From NCBI GenBank assembly GCA_003222085.1, contig QHUK01000010.1, forward strand, positions 145,801-209,800: a DNA stretch of 64,000 bases. Direction: 5' to 3'. Shown in pieces: positions 16,805 to 25,355 of this stretch (position 1 is its first letter; the number at the start of each line of letters is the position of its first letter). The stretch comes from Gemmatimonadota bacterium (GTDB taxonomy: Bacteria; Gemmatimonadota; Gemmatimonadetes; Gemmatimonadales; GWC2-71-9). The translations under genes were made by a program, and so were the position numbers. The notes under the pieces are model-generated. The model saw only the letters and a list, made by a program, of their open reading frames with translations, made no database searches and had not been told where the DNA came from.

Positions 16805-18505
16805 GTGGAACGACGCGTTATTCTGGCCGTGCTCCTGATGCTCATCGTGGCAGTCTTGCCGAGCATCCTCTTCCCGCCGAAGAAGCCGGACCGGCGGGCC
16901 GGTGCGCGGCCGGACAGCACGACGACGCCAGCAGCCGCGGCAGCGGAGTCGGCTACTGCTCCGGTGCGACCGTCGGCGAGTCCGACTGTCCGCCCGTCCG
17001 CCAGCGCCCCCGCGGAAACAGTGTGGGTCACCTCTCCCCTGTATCGCCTCGGCTTCACCACGCGGGGCGGGGCCCTGGTGCGCGCGGAGCTGTTGGGCTA
17101 CCGCTCGTTCGCCAAGGCGGATTCGGGACGACCCGTCCAACTGGTCCGGGAAGGGGTGCCGCTGCTGATCTATCGGCGCACCGGGGGCGGGGGGGGCGGC
17201 GGGGCCGGCGGGGGCGGCGACACGACGCGCGTGTCGGATTGGAGCCTGACGCCGAGCGCGACACAGGTGCAGGTGGGGTCGGAGGGTGCGACCCTCACGT
17301 TCACCGGCGCGAGAGACGGCGCGCGCCTGGCGCTCGAATACCGCTTCTTCCCGGCCGAGTATCGGTTCGCCGTGCGCGGGCGGATGGAGGGATTCGGTCC
17401 CGCCGGCGCTACGCTGCTGCTCGGGCTGGGGGATGGACTGCGCTCGGTCGAGGCTGACTCGATGGACGATTTCCGCCACTACGCCGTGGTCACGAAGGCG
17501 ACGAAGACGCAGCGTACGGACTTCGGGTCGCTCAAGCCGGCGGAGCGCAAGATCCTCGACGGGCCGTTCGAGTGGGCCGGTGTCAAGTCGAAGTACTTTT
17601 TCATCGCCGCGCTCGTCGTGGAGGACAACCAGCCGCGGTTCGGCGCGGCGCTCGTCGAGGGCGGCCCACGCACCGTGTCGACGTCGTCGCTGTTCGGCCG
17701 CTCCACGGTGGCGACGCGGGCCGCCGTCGCCGTGACGCTGCCCGTGCCTCCCGCCGGGGGGTTCGACTACCAGCTGTACGTCGGGCCCCTCGAGTTCCGG
17801 CGTCTGTCGCAGCTCGGGCACGATCTGGACGATGCCAACCCGTACGGCGGGTTCCTGCAGCCCATCATCCAGCCCGTATCGGTGCTGGTCGTGAACATCC
17901 TGATCTGGATGCACGACCGGCTGACGCTCGCCTATGGCTGGGTGCTCATCATCTTCGGCATCCTGGTCCGGCTGCTCCTGTGGCCGCTCAATCAGCGCGC
18001 CATGGAGTCGAGCATCCGGATGCAGGCGGTCGCGCCGCTCTTGAAGCAGATCCAGGACCGCTACAAGAACGAGCCCGAGCGGCTGCAACGGGAGATGATG
18101 AAGCTCTACAAGGAGCACAACGTCAACCCGTTCGGCGGCTGCCTCCCGATGCTCCTGCCGATGCCGGTGTTGTTCGCGCTGTTCTTCGTGTTCGCGAACA
18201 CGATCGAGTTTCGAGGCGTCCCGTTCCTCTGGCTTCCCGACCTGTCGCGCGCCGACCCTTACTACATCATCCCCATCGTGATGGGGCTCTCGATGTTCGT
18301 GCTCTCGAAGGTCGGGCAGATCGGGATGCCGCCGAACCCGCAGACGAAGATGATGCTGTACTTCATGCCGGCGTTCTTGACGCTCCTGTTCCTGAACTTC
18401 GCCTCGGGGCTGAACCTGTACTACGCCGTGAGCAACATTTTCAGCATCCCGCAACAGTATTTGATCGCGCAGCGCCGGCTGCGGGAGCAGGGGAAGCGAA
18501 CCTGA
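16805..18505 (+). CDS. yidC: membrane protein insertase YidC
   Basis: ORF 16805..18505 (GTG start). N-terminal TM segment, a large periplasmic domain, and a C-terminal 60-kDa-IMP core (LWPLNQRAMESSIRMQAV...MKLYKEHNVNPFGGCLPMLLPMPV). Confidence 0.93.
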   Translation: MERRVILAVLLMLIVAVLPSILFPPKKPDRRAGARPDSTTTPAAAAAESATAPVRPSASPTVRPSASAPAETVWVTSPLYRLGFTTRGGALVRAELLGYRSFAKADSGRPVQLVREGVPLLIYRRTGGGGGGGAGGGGDTTRVSDWSLTPSATQVQVGSEGATLTFTGARDGARLALEYRFFPAEYRFAVRGRMEGFGPAGATLLLGLGDGLRSVEADSMDDFRHYAVVTKATKTQRTDFGSLKPAERKILDGPFEWAGVKSKYFFIAALVVEDNQPRFGAALVEGGPRTVSTSSLFGRSTVATRAAVAVTLPVPPAGGFDYQLYVGPLEFRRLSQLGHDLDDANPYGGFLQPIIQPVSVLVVNILIWMHDRLTLAYGWVLIIFGILVRLLLWPLNQRAMESSIRMQAVAPLLKQIQDRYKNEPERLQREMMKLYKEHNVNPFGGCLPMLLPMPVLFALFFVFANTIEFRGVPFLWLPDLSRADPYYIIPIVMGLSMFVLSKVGQIGMPPNPQTKMMLYFMPAFLTLLFLNFASGLNLYYAVSNIFSIPQQYLIAQRRLREQGKRT

Positions 18506-18535
18506 CCGCGAGGCGGGAAGCGGGAGGCGAGATGC

Positions 18536-19873
18536 GTGCTGTCTGATCCGATTGTCGCTCTCGCCACACCTCCGGGTCGCGCGGCCCTCGCGGTGATCCG
18601 CCTGTCGGGGCGCGGGGCGTTCACCGTCGCCGCGCGCGCCTTGCACCCGTTTCACCCCGACCCGCCCCGCACGGTCCGTCGCGTTCACGTCGTGCATCCC
18701 GCGACCGGCGTGCCGCTGGATGACGCGCTCGCGGCCTGTTTCCCCGGGCCCCGCTCCTACACCGGCGAGGACCTGGTCGAGCTCTCGACCCACGGTGGGC
18801 TGCTCGTCCCCGCGACGGCGGTCGCGGCGCTGGTGGCCGCCGGAGCGCGGCCGGCCCGACCGGGGGAGTTCACGCGCCGGGCGGTGGTGAACGGCAAGCT
18901 CGACCTGCTCCAGGCCGAGGCGACCGCCGATTTGATCGACGCCGGTGCGCCGGCCCAGGCCCGCCGCGCGCTGCAGCATCTCGACCGCGGGCTCTCGACG
19001 CGGCTCGACGAGCTCCGCACGGAGCTGCTCGAGCTCGAGGCCCTGATCGCCTACGAGATCGACTTCCCCGACGAGGACGAAGGCCCGGTGGCGCCGGAGC
19101 GCGTCGTGCGCGCGTGGCGGGCGGCGCGCGACCGGATTGCCCGACTCCTGGACACGGCGCCCGAGGGAGAGCGCCTGCGGGAAGGCGCGCTGCTCGTCAT
19201 CGCGGGACGCCCCAACGCGGGGAAGTCGTCGCTCTTCAACGCGCTGCTCGGCACGGAGCGCGCCATCGTGACGGAGGTCCCGGGCACGACGCGCGATGCC
19301 GTCGAGGCGCATGCGGTGCTCGAGGGCTTTCCCTTCCGGCTCGTGGACACGGCGGGGCTGCGGGAGAGCGCCGATCGGGTCGAGCGGCTGGGCATCGAGG
19401 TGAGCCGCAAGTATCTCGCGGCGGCGGATCTGGTGCTCTTCTGTCGGGATGCGGGATGCGAGATGCGGGATCCGGGGTCCCAGGAATTTCTGGCATCGTG
19501 CCGCGCACCGGTCATCGACGTGGTGACGAAGATCGACCTGACCGCCCGTCCGCCCGACCGCCTGGGGGTGTCGGTGGTGACTGGGGAAGGCCTCGCGGAC
19601 CTGCGTCGCAAGCTCGCGGAAGTGGCGTACGGTCGGCTGCTGGCGCTCGGTGACGTGGAGCCGGTGGTGACGCGCGCCCGCCACCGCGGCGCGCTGGAGC
19701 GCGCCCTCGAGGAGGTCGACGCCTTCCACACGGCTCGGGAGAGCGGCCTGGATGCGGCTGTCGCGGCGACGCACCTGCGCGCCGCCGTAGGAGCGCTCGA
19801 CGACCTGATCGGCGTCGTGACCCCCGACGACGTCCTCGATCGCGTGTTTGCGAGCTTTTGCGTGGGGAAGTGA
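18536..19873 (+). CDS. mnmE: tRNA uridine-5-carboxymethylaminomethyl modification GTPase MnmE
   Basis: N-terminus DPIVALATPPGRAALAVIRLSG. G1 motif GRPNAGKSSLFNAL, G3 motif DTAGLR, and the C-terminal FCVGK signature. Confidence 0.93.
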   Translation: MLSDPIVALATPPGRAALAVIRLSGRGAFTVAARALHPFHPDPPRTVRRVHVVHPATGVPLDDALAACFPGPRSYTGEDLVELSTHGGLLVPATAVAALVAAGARPARPGEFTRRAVVNGKLDLLQAEATADLIDAGAPAQARRALQHLDRGLSTRLDELRTELLELEALIAYEIDFPDEDEGPVAPERVVRAWRAARDRIARLLDTAPEGERLREGALLVIAGRPNAGKSSLFNALLGTERAIVTEVPGTTRDAVEAHAVLEGFPFRLVDTAGLRESADRVERLGIEVSRKYLAAADLVLFCRDAGCEMRDPGSQEFLASCRAPVIDVVTKIDLTARPPDRLGVSVVTGEGLADLRRKLAEVAYGRLLALGDVEPVVTRARHRGALERALEEVDAFHTARESGLDAAVAATHLRAAVGALDDLIGVVTPDDVLDRVFASFCVGK

Positions 19874-19914
19874 GCCCGTCGGCACGCTGCTTGCTGATCC
19901 ACCCAATCGGCGGC

Positions 19915-21495
19915 ATGTTTTCCATTTCCCGTTGCTGCGAGGCGCCCGTGTCACTTGTCAGGTCGATTCCACGACTTGCCACCGTTGGATTGGTGGCAAC
20001 AGCCGCGTGTGCGTACGACGCGCGCATGCCATCTCAACCCACCGAGCCAACAGCGGCCGCTCGGGGTCCGGAGTTCGCCTCTGTTGCAACGCGTGGCGGT
20101 ACGGCGGCCAGCCACCGTCACATCGTCTCCTTCAAGGGTTCGGTACCGGCGGATTTCGCCGCGCAGGTGGCGGCACTGGGCGGGAAGGTCCTGTGGGTTT
20201 CGCCCGGCTCCGGCCTCGCCGCGGTGAGGGGGCTCCAGGGATCCGCCGCCGCGAAGCTCGCCGGCAAGCAGGGCATTCAGGCGGTGGAAGCCGACGCCCT
20301 GTTGGCTCTGGATGTGCCGCGCCTGGCCATGGACGCGACGGCTGAGGGCGGCGGCGTGGCGAGCAATGCAGCCCCCGCGGCGGCGGTGCGCTACTCGCGC
20401 CAGTGGAACATGCGGGCGGTACAAGCCGACGTCGCCTGGTCGCACGGGTTCCTCGGCTCCGACGCGGTGTCGATCTTCATGCTCGATAGTGGGATTGACT
20501 ACCTCCACGCCGATCTCCTCGGGCGCGTGGACTTGACCCGCTCGGTCGATCTGCTCGACACGTTGTACGTCCCGGTCGTCAACGCAAACGGAGACACAGT
20601 GATTGTGCGCTTCGTCGAGGCGGACACTGTGAGACACTACTTCCCTGACCGGTTGCCCTTCACCGACCTGTTCTTCCACGGCACGCACACCGCCGCGACC
20701 GTGAGCAGCAACGCGGCGCGCACGGCGGGCGTAACATCGCGCACCAAGCTCGTGGCCGTGAAGGTCTGCGCCTACATCAACGACTGTCCTTTCAGCTCGA
20801 TTCTCAACGGCGTGATCTACGCCGCCGACAACGGCGCCGATGTGATCAACCTGAGCGTGGGCGGCGCGTTCACAAAGGCGGGCAACGGGCGCTTCGTGGG
20901 ACTGATCAACAAGGTCTTCAACTACGCGCGGAGCAAGGGCGTGACGACCGTGGTCTCGGCGGGCAACGAGGGGATCGACCTCGACCACAACGGGAACACG
21001 TACCAAACGTTCTGTGACACGCCGGCGGTGATTTGCGTCGCGGCCACCGGTCCGACGACCGACGCCACCGGGCTTACGATTGCGAGCGGTCCGTGGACGG
21101 ATGTGGACGCGCCGGCGTTCTACACGAACTTCGGACGCAGCGCCATCGACGTGGCCGCTCCGGGCGGCAACGGCTCCTTCGGCCCCGATCTTTCGCCACC
21201 GGCAAGCAGAGACGTCTTCGTGTGGGCTGCCTGCAGCCAGACCTCCCTGTATCTGCACGAGGTGTTCGGCTTCTTCTGCAATCCGATCAACATCGTCGGT
21301 GCACGGGGCACCAGCATGTCCGCCCCCCATGTGGCCGGCACCGCGGCGCTGCTCGTGTCGATCCTCGGCCGCAATCCGAGCCAGATCAAAGCGCGCATCC
21401 AGCAGACGGCCGACAATGTGGCCGGCAACGGCACGACGCCGTTCTACGGCAAGGGCCGCCTCAATGTGGCACGCGCGATCGGTGCCATCCCGTGA
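19915..21495 (+). CDS. secreted subtilisin-like serine protease (peptidase S8)
   Basis: In-frame ATG within ORF 19858..21495. Catalytic triad contexts: MLDSGID (Asp), HGTHTAATV (His), GTSMSAPHVAG (Ser). N-terminal signal with a possible lipobox, VATAAC. The start is uncertain. Confidence 0.88.
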   Translation: MFSISRCCEAPVSLVRSIPRLATVGLVATAACAYDARMPSQPTEPTAAARGPEFASVATRGGTAASHRHIVSFKGSVPADFAAQVAALGGKVLWVSPGSGLAAVRGLQGSAAAKLAGKQGIQAVEADALLALDVPRLAMDATAEGGGVASNAAPAAAVRYSRQWNMRAVQADVAWSHGFLGSDAVSIFMLDSGIDYLHADLLGRVDLTRSVDLLDTLYVPVVNANGDTVIVRFVEADTVRHYFPDRLPFTDLFFHGTHTAATVSSNAARTAGVTSRTKLVAVKVCAYINDCPFSSILNGVIYAADNGADVINLSVGGAFTKAGNGRFVGLINKVFNYARSKGVTTVVSAGNEGIDLDHNGNTYQTFCDTPAVICVAATGPTTDATGLTIASGPWTDVDAPAFYTNFGRSAIDVAAPGGNGSFGPDLSPPASRDVFVWAACSQTSLYLHEVFGFFCNPINIVGARGTSMSAPHVAGTAALLVSILGRNPSQIKARIQQTADNVAGNGTTPFYGKGRLNVARAIGAIP

Positions 21496-21524
21496 CCCAG
21501 TAGCCTAGATTTCATTCTCTGCGA

Positions 21525-21566
21525 GGGCGGCGGCCGCCTCCAGTCGGGACCGCCGCCCGACTTTTT
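21525..21566 (+). terminator. rho-independent terminator after the S8 protease gene
   Basis: GGGCGGCGG (21525-21533) pairs with CCGCCGCCC (21550-21558). There is also a nested GTCGGG/CCCGAC stem. TTTTT follows at 21562-21566. Confidence 0.7.
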
Positions 21567-21588
21567 CCACCCCGGAGGATACGAGCGG

Positions 21589-22137
21589 ATGGACGTCCCG
21601 GCGGGTACGGCTCCTCCCCCCGCGATGCGATCTCCCGAACGCTGGCTTACGGTCCTGCGGATCGCCCTGGGCGTGTGGTTCGGGAAGGCCATCTTCACCA
21701 AGCTGAGCGTCACGCTCGTCTGGGGCTTCCTGCCCGTTCCCACCGTATCGGATCGCTGGCTGCACGTCATGCCGCTCCTCGTCACGAAGTACGCGGAGGG
21801 CAACCCCGTCGGCTTTTTCCGGGAATTCCTGCTGAACACCGTCGTCCCGAACAGTCATCTGTACGCCCAGCTGACGGCGTTTGGCGAAGCAGCGGTCGGC
21901 CTGGGGCTCGTGTTCGGGTGCTGCACGACGCTCGCGGCGGCGATTGGATTGGTGCTCGTCGTGAACTACGGGCTCGCGGTGCAATGGCAGGGCTCCGCAC
22001 AGCAGGGGTTCCACTACATGCTGATCACCACCCTGGTGGTGATTCTCGGCGCCCGCGCGGGGCGGACGTGGGGCGTGGATGGGTGGGTGCGGGCCCACCG
22101 CCCCGGCTGGTGGCTGGCGCGCGTGCCCCTCGGCTAG
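21589..22137 (+). CDS. DoxX-family membrane protein
   Basis: ORF 21589..22137. GGAGGA RBS. About four hydrophobic helices and a DoxX/DoxD-like pattern (WLTVLRIALGVWFG...FGEAAVGLGLVFG). Confidence 0.65.
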   Translation: MDVPAGTAPPPAMRSPERWLTVLRIALGVWFGKAIFTKLSVTLVWGFLPVPTVSDRWLHVMPLLVTKYAEGNPVGFFREFLLNTVVPNSHLYAQLTAFGEAAVGLGLVFGCCTTLAAAIGLVLVVNYGLAVQWQGSAQQGFHYMLITTLVVILGARAGRTWGVDGWVRAHRPGWWLARVPLG

Positions 22138-23108
22138 GGTATGTACAGCAGGTCGTTCGGCCGCTCGCCCACCGGGATGGCCGCAATCACCTTGTGGCTC
22201 CTGGTATCGATCACCGAGACCTGATCCGACCGTCCATCGGCCGTGTAGAGCCATCGTCCGTCGGGCGACAGCGCAATCCCCCACGGCCGCCGCCCCACCA
22301 CAATGGAATCGATCACCGTCCGGCGAGCGACGTCCACCACGCTCACGCTCGCGGCGGCCCCCTCCGTGAGATACGCGAGCCGCCCGTCAGGACTGAACGC
22401 GATACGAACCGGCTTGGTCTTCCCGTCGCGGATCGGGAACTGGGCGATCACGCTGTCGCTGGCGACGTCGATGATGGTGACGTTGCCCCCCGCCTCGGCC
22501 GACACCCAGACGCGGGCGCCGTCGGGGGTGAAGGCGACGGTGCGGGGGTTGTCGCCCACGTGCAGCGTGTGCAGCAGGCGCCCCGTCTTGGCGTCGAGCA
22601 CGGACACGGTGTTGTTCGTCTCTGCGGTGACGTAGAGCTTGGTGCCGTCGCGCGTGATCGCCACGCCTTCGGGCTCGACGCCGACAGCCGTCGAGAACAG
22701 GGTTTTGCCGCTCGCGAGGTCGATCGCCGACGCGTGCGCGATCTCCTCGTTCGACACGTAGGCGACCCTGCCGTCGGGGCTCAGCGCCACCAGCTCGGGG
22801 TCGCGGTTCGCTGGGATCGTGCGCGTCATCGTGCCACTCGCCACGTCCACGACACCGAGGGCGTCGTCCTGCCCCAGGGCGACGTACACGGTCCGCTTGT
22901 CCGGGCTCAGCGCCATGCCCCGGGGGCGCTTGCCCACCGGGATCGTGGCGACGACGGCGTTGGTGCGCGGCGAGACGACGGAGATGGTGTTGGGGATTTC
23001 GTTGGTCACGTAGAGCAGCGGCTCGCGGGAGCTCGCGCCGAGGGCGCTCATGAGGCCGAGCGATGCGGCCCAAACGGCGGCGCGCCGCCGGCGAGTCGTC
23101 ATGGTCAC
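22134..23108 (-). CDS. YVTN-family beta-propeller repeat protein (PQQ-dehydrogenase-associated type)
   Basis: Signal peptide, then repeated units: YVTN..ISVV, VATIPVG.RPRGMALSPDG, YVSNEE, YVTAE.., LYTADG. Confidence 0.8.
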   Translation of the reverse strand: MTMTTRRRRAAVWAASLGLMSALGASSREPLLYVTNEIPNTISVVSPRTNAVVATIPVGKRPRGMALSPDKRTVYVALGQDDALGVVDVASGTMTRTIPANRDPELVALSPDGRVAYVSNEEIAHASAIDLASGKTLFSTAVGVEPEGVAITRDGTKLYVTAETNNTVSVLDAKTGRLLHTLHVGDNPRTVAFTPDGARVWVSAEAGGNVTIIDVASDSVIAQFPIRDGKTKPVRIAFSPDGRLAYLTEGAAASVSVVDVARRTVIDSIVVGRRPWGIALSPDGRWLYTADGRSDQVSVIDTRSHKVIAAIPVGERPNDLLYIP

Positions 23109-23120
23109 AGGGGTGCCGGG

Positions 23121-23876
23121 TCAGTCGTTGAAGATCGCCTGGTCGACGTGCAGCGCCTTGTCGAGCCCGCGGATGCGGTCGCGTCCCCGGATGCCCTTGA
23201 GGATCGCGCCCGTCAGGTCGGCGCCGGTCACGTCGGCATCCGTGAGATCGGCGCCGGTCAAGTCGGCGCGGACAAGCAGGGCTTTGCGCAGGTTCGCCCC
23301 GGTGAAGTCCGCGCCGCTGAAATCAACACCGCTGGCATCGACGCGCATGATACCCATCGACTGGTTGCCGGGATCCGCGCCCAGGTTGGCCTTGACGAAT
23401 CTCGCGCGCTGCGCCTTGGCGTTGCTCATCGGCCCGATCAGGCGGGCGCCGGAGAGGTCTGCGTCGGAGAGGTCCGCGCCATAGAGAATGACGGCGAAGA
23501 CACTGGCGTCGCGCAGGACGGCGCGTCGCAAGTCGACGCGATAGGCCACGGCGACGTCCAGGTTCGCGCCGGTGAAGTCGGCCTCGGTCGCGACAGCGTC
23601 GGTGAGCGTGGCGGACGAGAGCTGCGCCCGCGCCAGATTGGCGCGCTCCAAGCGACACTTCGTGAGGTTGGCGCGCTTGAAATCGACCCCCGACAAATTG
23701 AGTCCGGCCAGGTCCTGGCCGGTAAAATCGGCGGGCTGCTGGGGGGTTGCGCGCTCGAGCGCCGCGAGCACCTGCTCGCGGGTGAGACGAGCCTGCGCGT
23801 GGCCGGGGTCGGGAGCGGCGGTCGCCGCCATGAAGGCGACGAGCACGCCCGACAGCCTCCCGACTCGGCCGATCAC
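23121..23876 (-). CDS. periplasmic pentapeptide-repeat protein
   Basis: This is the in-frame part of ORF 23121..24179. GTG 23876 overlaps the xoxG stop (GTGA). Signal-like N-terminus GRLSGVLVAFMAATAAP, then A(D/N)LxG-type pentapeptide repeats throughout (ADLTGADLTDADVTGADLTGA). Confidence 0.8.
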   Translation of the reverse strand: MIGRVGRLSGVLVAFMAATAAPDPGHAQARLTREQVLAALERATPQQPADFTGQDLAGLNLSGVDFKRANLTKCRLERANLARAQLSSATLTDAVATEADFTGANLDVAVAYRVDLRRAVLRDASVFAVILYGADLSDADLSGARLIGPMSNAKAQRARFVKANLGADPGNQSMGIMRVDASGVDFSGADFTGANLRKALLVRADLTGADLTDADVTGADLTGAILKGIRGRDRIRGLDKALHVDQAIFND

Positions 23877-24349
23877 GGACTCGTGTTCTTGCTCTGCAGG
23901 TCGGAGAGCCGGTGCGGCCGTCCGGGCTTGAGCCAGCCGTCGCTCCGGGCCTTCACGTACAGGTACACCTCTTGGATGGCCGCGGAGTCGAGCAGCACGT
24001 TCCACGCCGGCATGCCCTTCGCCGACCGGCCGTTCCACGCGGTGTAAAAGAAGCTGTCCCGCGGGAAGTTCGCGCCGGTGGGGCTCACGGCCCAGCGCAA
24101 ATCGGGCGCGGTCGGAAGGATGGGGCGCATCGCGTCCTCGCCGTGACAGCGGTAGCAGTAGACATGCCACCACTTCCATCCCTGGTAGATGGAGTCCGAC
24201 ACGAGCAGGCTGTCACGCACCGTGTCCCGCGGAGCGGCAACTGCTTGGGCCGCCCCCCCCCGCGCCCGCGGTGGGCTCCACGCCATGACGGCCGCAGCCG
24301 TGATCCAGGCGCCGATCAGGCCGCCCCGCACGAAATGCTTCGTCCTCAC
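23873..24349 (-). CDS. xoxG: c-type cytochrome, XoxG-like electron acceptor
   Basis: ORF 23873..24349. It has a signal peptide and a single haem motif CYRCH, and sits in the xoxF-xoxJ cassette. Confidence 0.75.
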   Translation of the reverse strand: MRTKHFVRGGLIGAWITAAAVMAWSPPRARGGAAQAVAAPRDTVRDSLLVSDSIYQGWKWWHVYCYRCHGEDAMRPILPTAPDLRWAVSPTGANFPRDSFFYTAWNGRSAKGMPAWNVLLDSAAIQEVYLYVKARSDGWLKPGRPHRLSDLQSKNTSP

Positions 24350-24395
24350 GTCCCGTCCCCCTGGTTGGTGCTGCGGTTCCCGCCGGCGAGCGCCG

Positions 24396-25223
24396 CTACG
24401 GGTGCGTCTCGAGCATGGGCACGTTGTACTGCCGCAGGATCTCGGTGATCTCGCCGTGCCGGCGGTCGATCACCGAATCGAGCGTGGCCTTGAGCGCCTT
24501 GTCGCGATGCCGCACGGCCATCGCCATGTCGAATGCGAATCGCATCCCCGAGACGGCGTCGGTGTCCGGCAACGCGACCATGGTGAGCGGGACGGACTCG
24601 CGCTTGACCCAATACCCCGCCAGGGGTCCCCACATCACGGCCACGTCGATCGAATCTCGCGCCACCGCGTGCACGATGTCTTCGGGGTGGTCGGCTTTGG
24701 GATCGGGATTGAGGAAGTTCCCGAACCCGACCAGGCCCACGATGCCGCGGGCGCCCAGCGCGTGCGCCGGCGGCGTGTTGGTGTAGTCGTAGCCGATGAT
24801 GTTCACGCCGATCTTGAGGCGCTTCAAGACCGTGTCGTCGAGCGAGCGCACCGCGAGGCCGCGATCGGCGCGGTACACGAAGTAGTAGGTGGAGCGGTAA
24901 TAGGGCTTCGTCGTCGCCACGGGGTCGAGGCCCACCGGGGCCTGGATCATCACGTCGCAGAATCCGCCGAGGATGGAGTTTCGCAGGACGCCACGGCGGC
25001 TGGGCCACCAGTAGTTGATGACCGTCGCGTTGAGATCTCGCGCGACGAGGTGGGCGATCTTGTTCTCGAATCCCTCCTCCTGATTGTTGGAGAAGGGCAG
25101 GTCGTAGGGATCGGCGCAGACCCGGAGGTCCGAGGGCGCCCGGGTCTGCGCACTGGCCATGAGGGCCACGCTGGCGGAGGCGACGAGTAACGCCCCCGCG
25201 AGCTTACTCCGTATGGAATGCAT
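24396..25223 (-). CDS. xoxJ: MoxJ/XoxJ-type periplasmic substrate-binding-fold protein associated with quinoprotein dehydrogenases
   Basis: ORF 24396..25223. Signal peptide, then LRVCADPYDLPFSN..., YYRSTYYFVYR, and IDVAVMWGPLAGYW, typical of the MxaJ/XoxJ family. Confidence 0.85.
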   Translation of the reverse strand: MHSIRSKLAGALLVASASVALMASAQTRAPSDLRVCADPYDLPFSNNQEEGFENKIAHLVARDLNATVINYWWPSRRGVLRNSILGGFCDVMIQAPVGLDPVATTKPYYRSTYYFVYRADRGLAVRSLDDTVLKRLKIGVNIIGYDYTNTPPAHALGARGIVGLVGFGNFLNPDPKADHPEDIVHAVARDSIDVAVMWGPLAGYWVKRESVPLTMVALPDTDAVSGMRFAFDMAMAVRHRDKALKATLDSVIDRRHGEITEILRQYNVPMLETHP

Positions 25224-25273
25224 GCATGCTCCGTGCGGGTCCGTCAGAAGGTGAGCGCGGTGCCCAAGTACTA

Positions 25274-25311
25274 CACCCGGTGCCGGAGCGCGTTCGCTCC
25301 GGCACCGGGTG
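25274..25311 (-). terminator. perfect 17-bp stem / 4-nt loop hairpin between xoxF and xoxJ (attenuator or mRNA stabiliser)
   Basis: CACCCGGTGCCGGAGCG cgtt CGCTCCGGCACCGGGTG, read directly. It lies 45 nt after the xoxF stop. Only a weak U-rich tail follows on the minus strand. Confidence 0.65.
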
Positions 25312-25355
25312 CTCGACGCATCTGCCGACTGCGATTCGTGATACGCTTCGACTGC

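Noticed and set aside
16763-19954. A 1063-aa ORF on the minus strand spanning the yidC and mnmE loci.
   Set aside because: It is antisense to two strongly recognisable genes. Its translation is Arg/Pro/Gly/His-rich low complexity with no motif. Long shadow ORFs are expected in very GC-rich DNA because stop codons are rare.
22134-22137. Convergent DoxX and beta-propeller genes whose stop codons overlap on the palindrome CTAG.
   Set aside because: The overlap is real in the sequence but a trivial consequence of compact convergent genes. No structure or signal is associated with it.
21675-24047. A 790-aa plus-strand ORF across the beta-propeller and pentapeptide genes.
   Set aside because: Same reasoning as above. 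The opposite strand encodes clean YVTN and pentapeptide repeats with signal peptides, whereas this frame is Arg/Gly/Asp/His-rich without domains.
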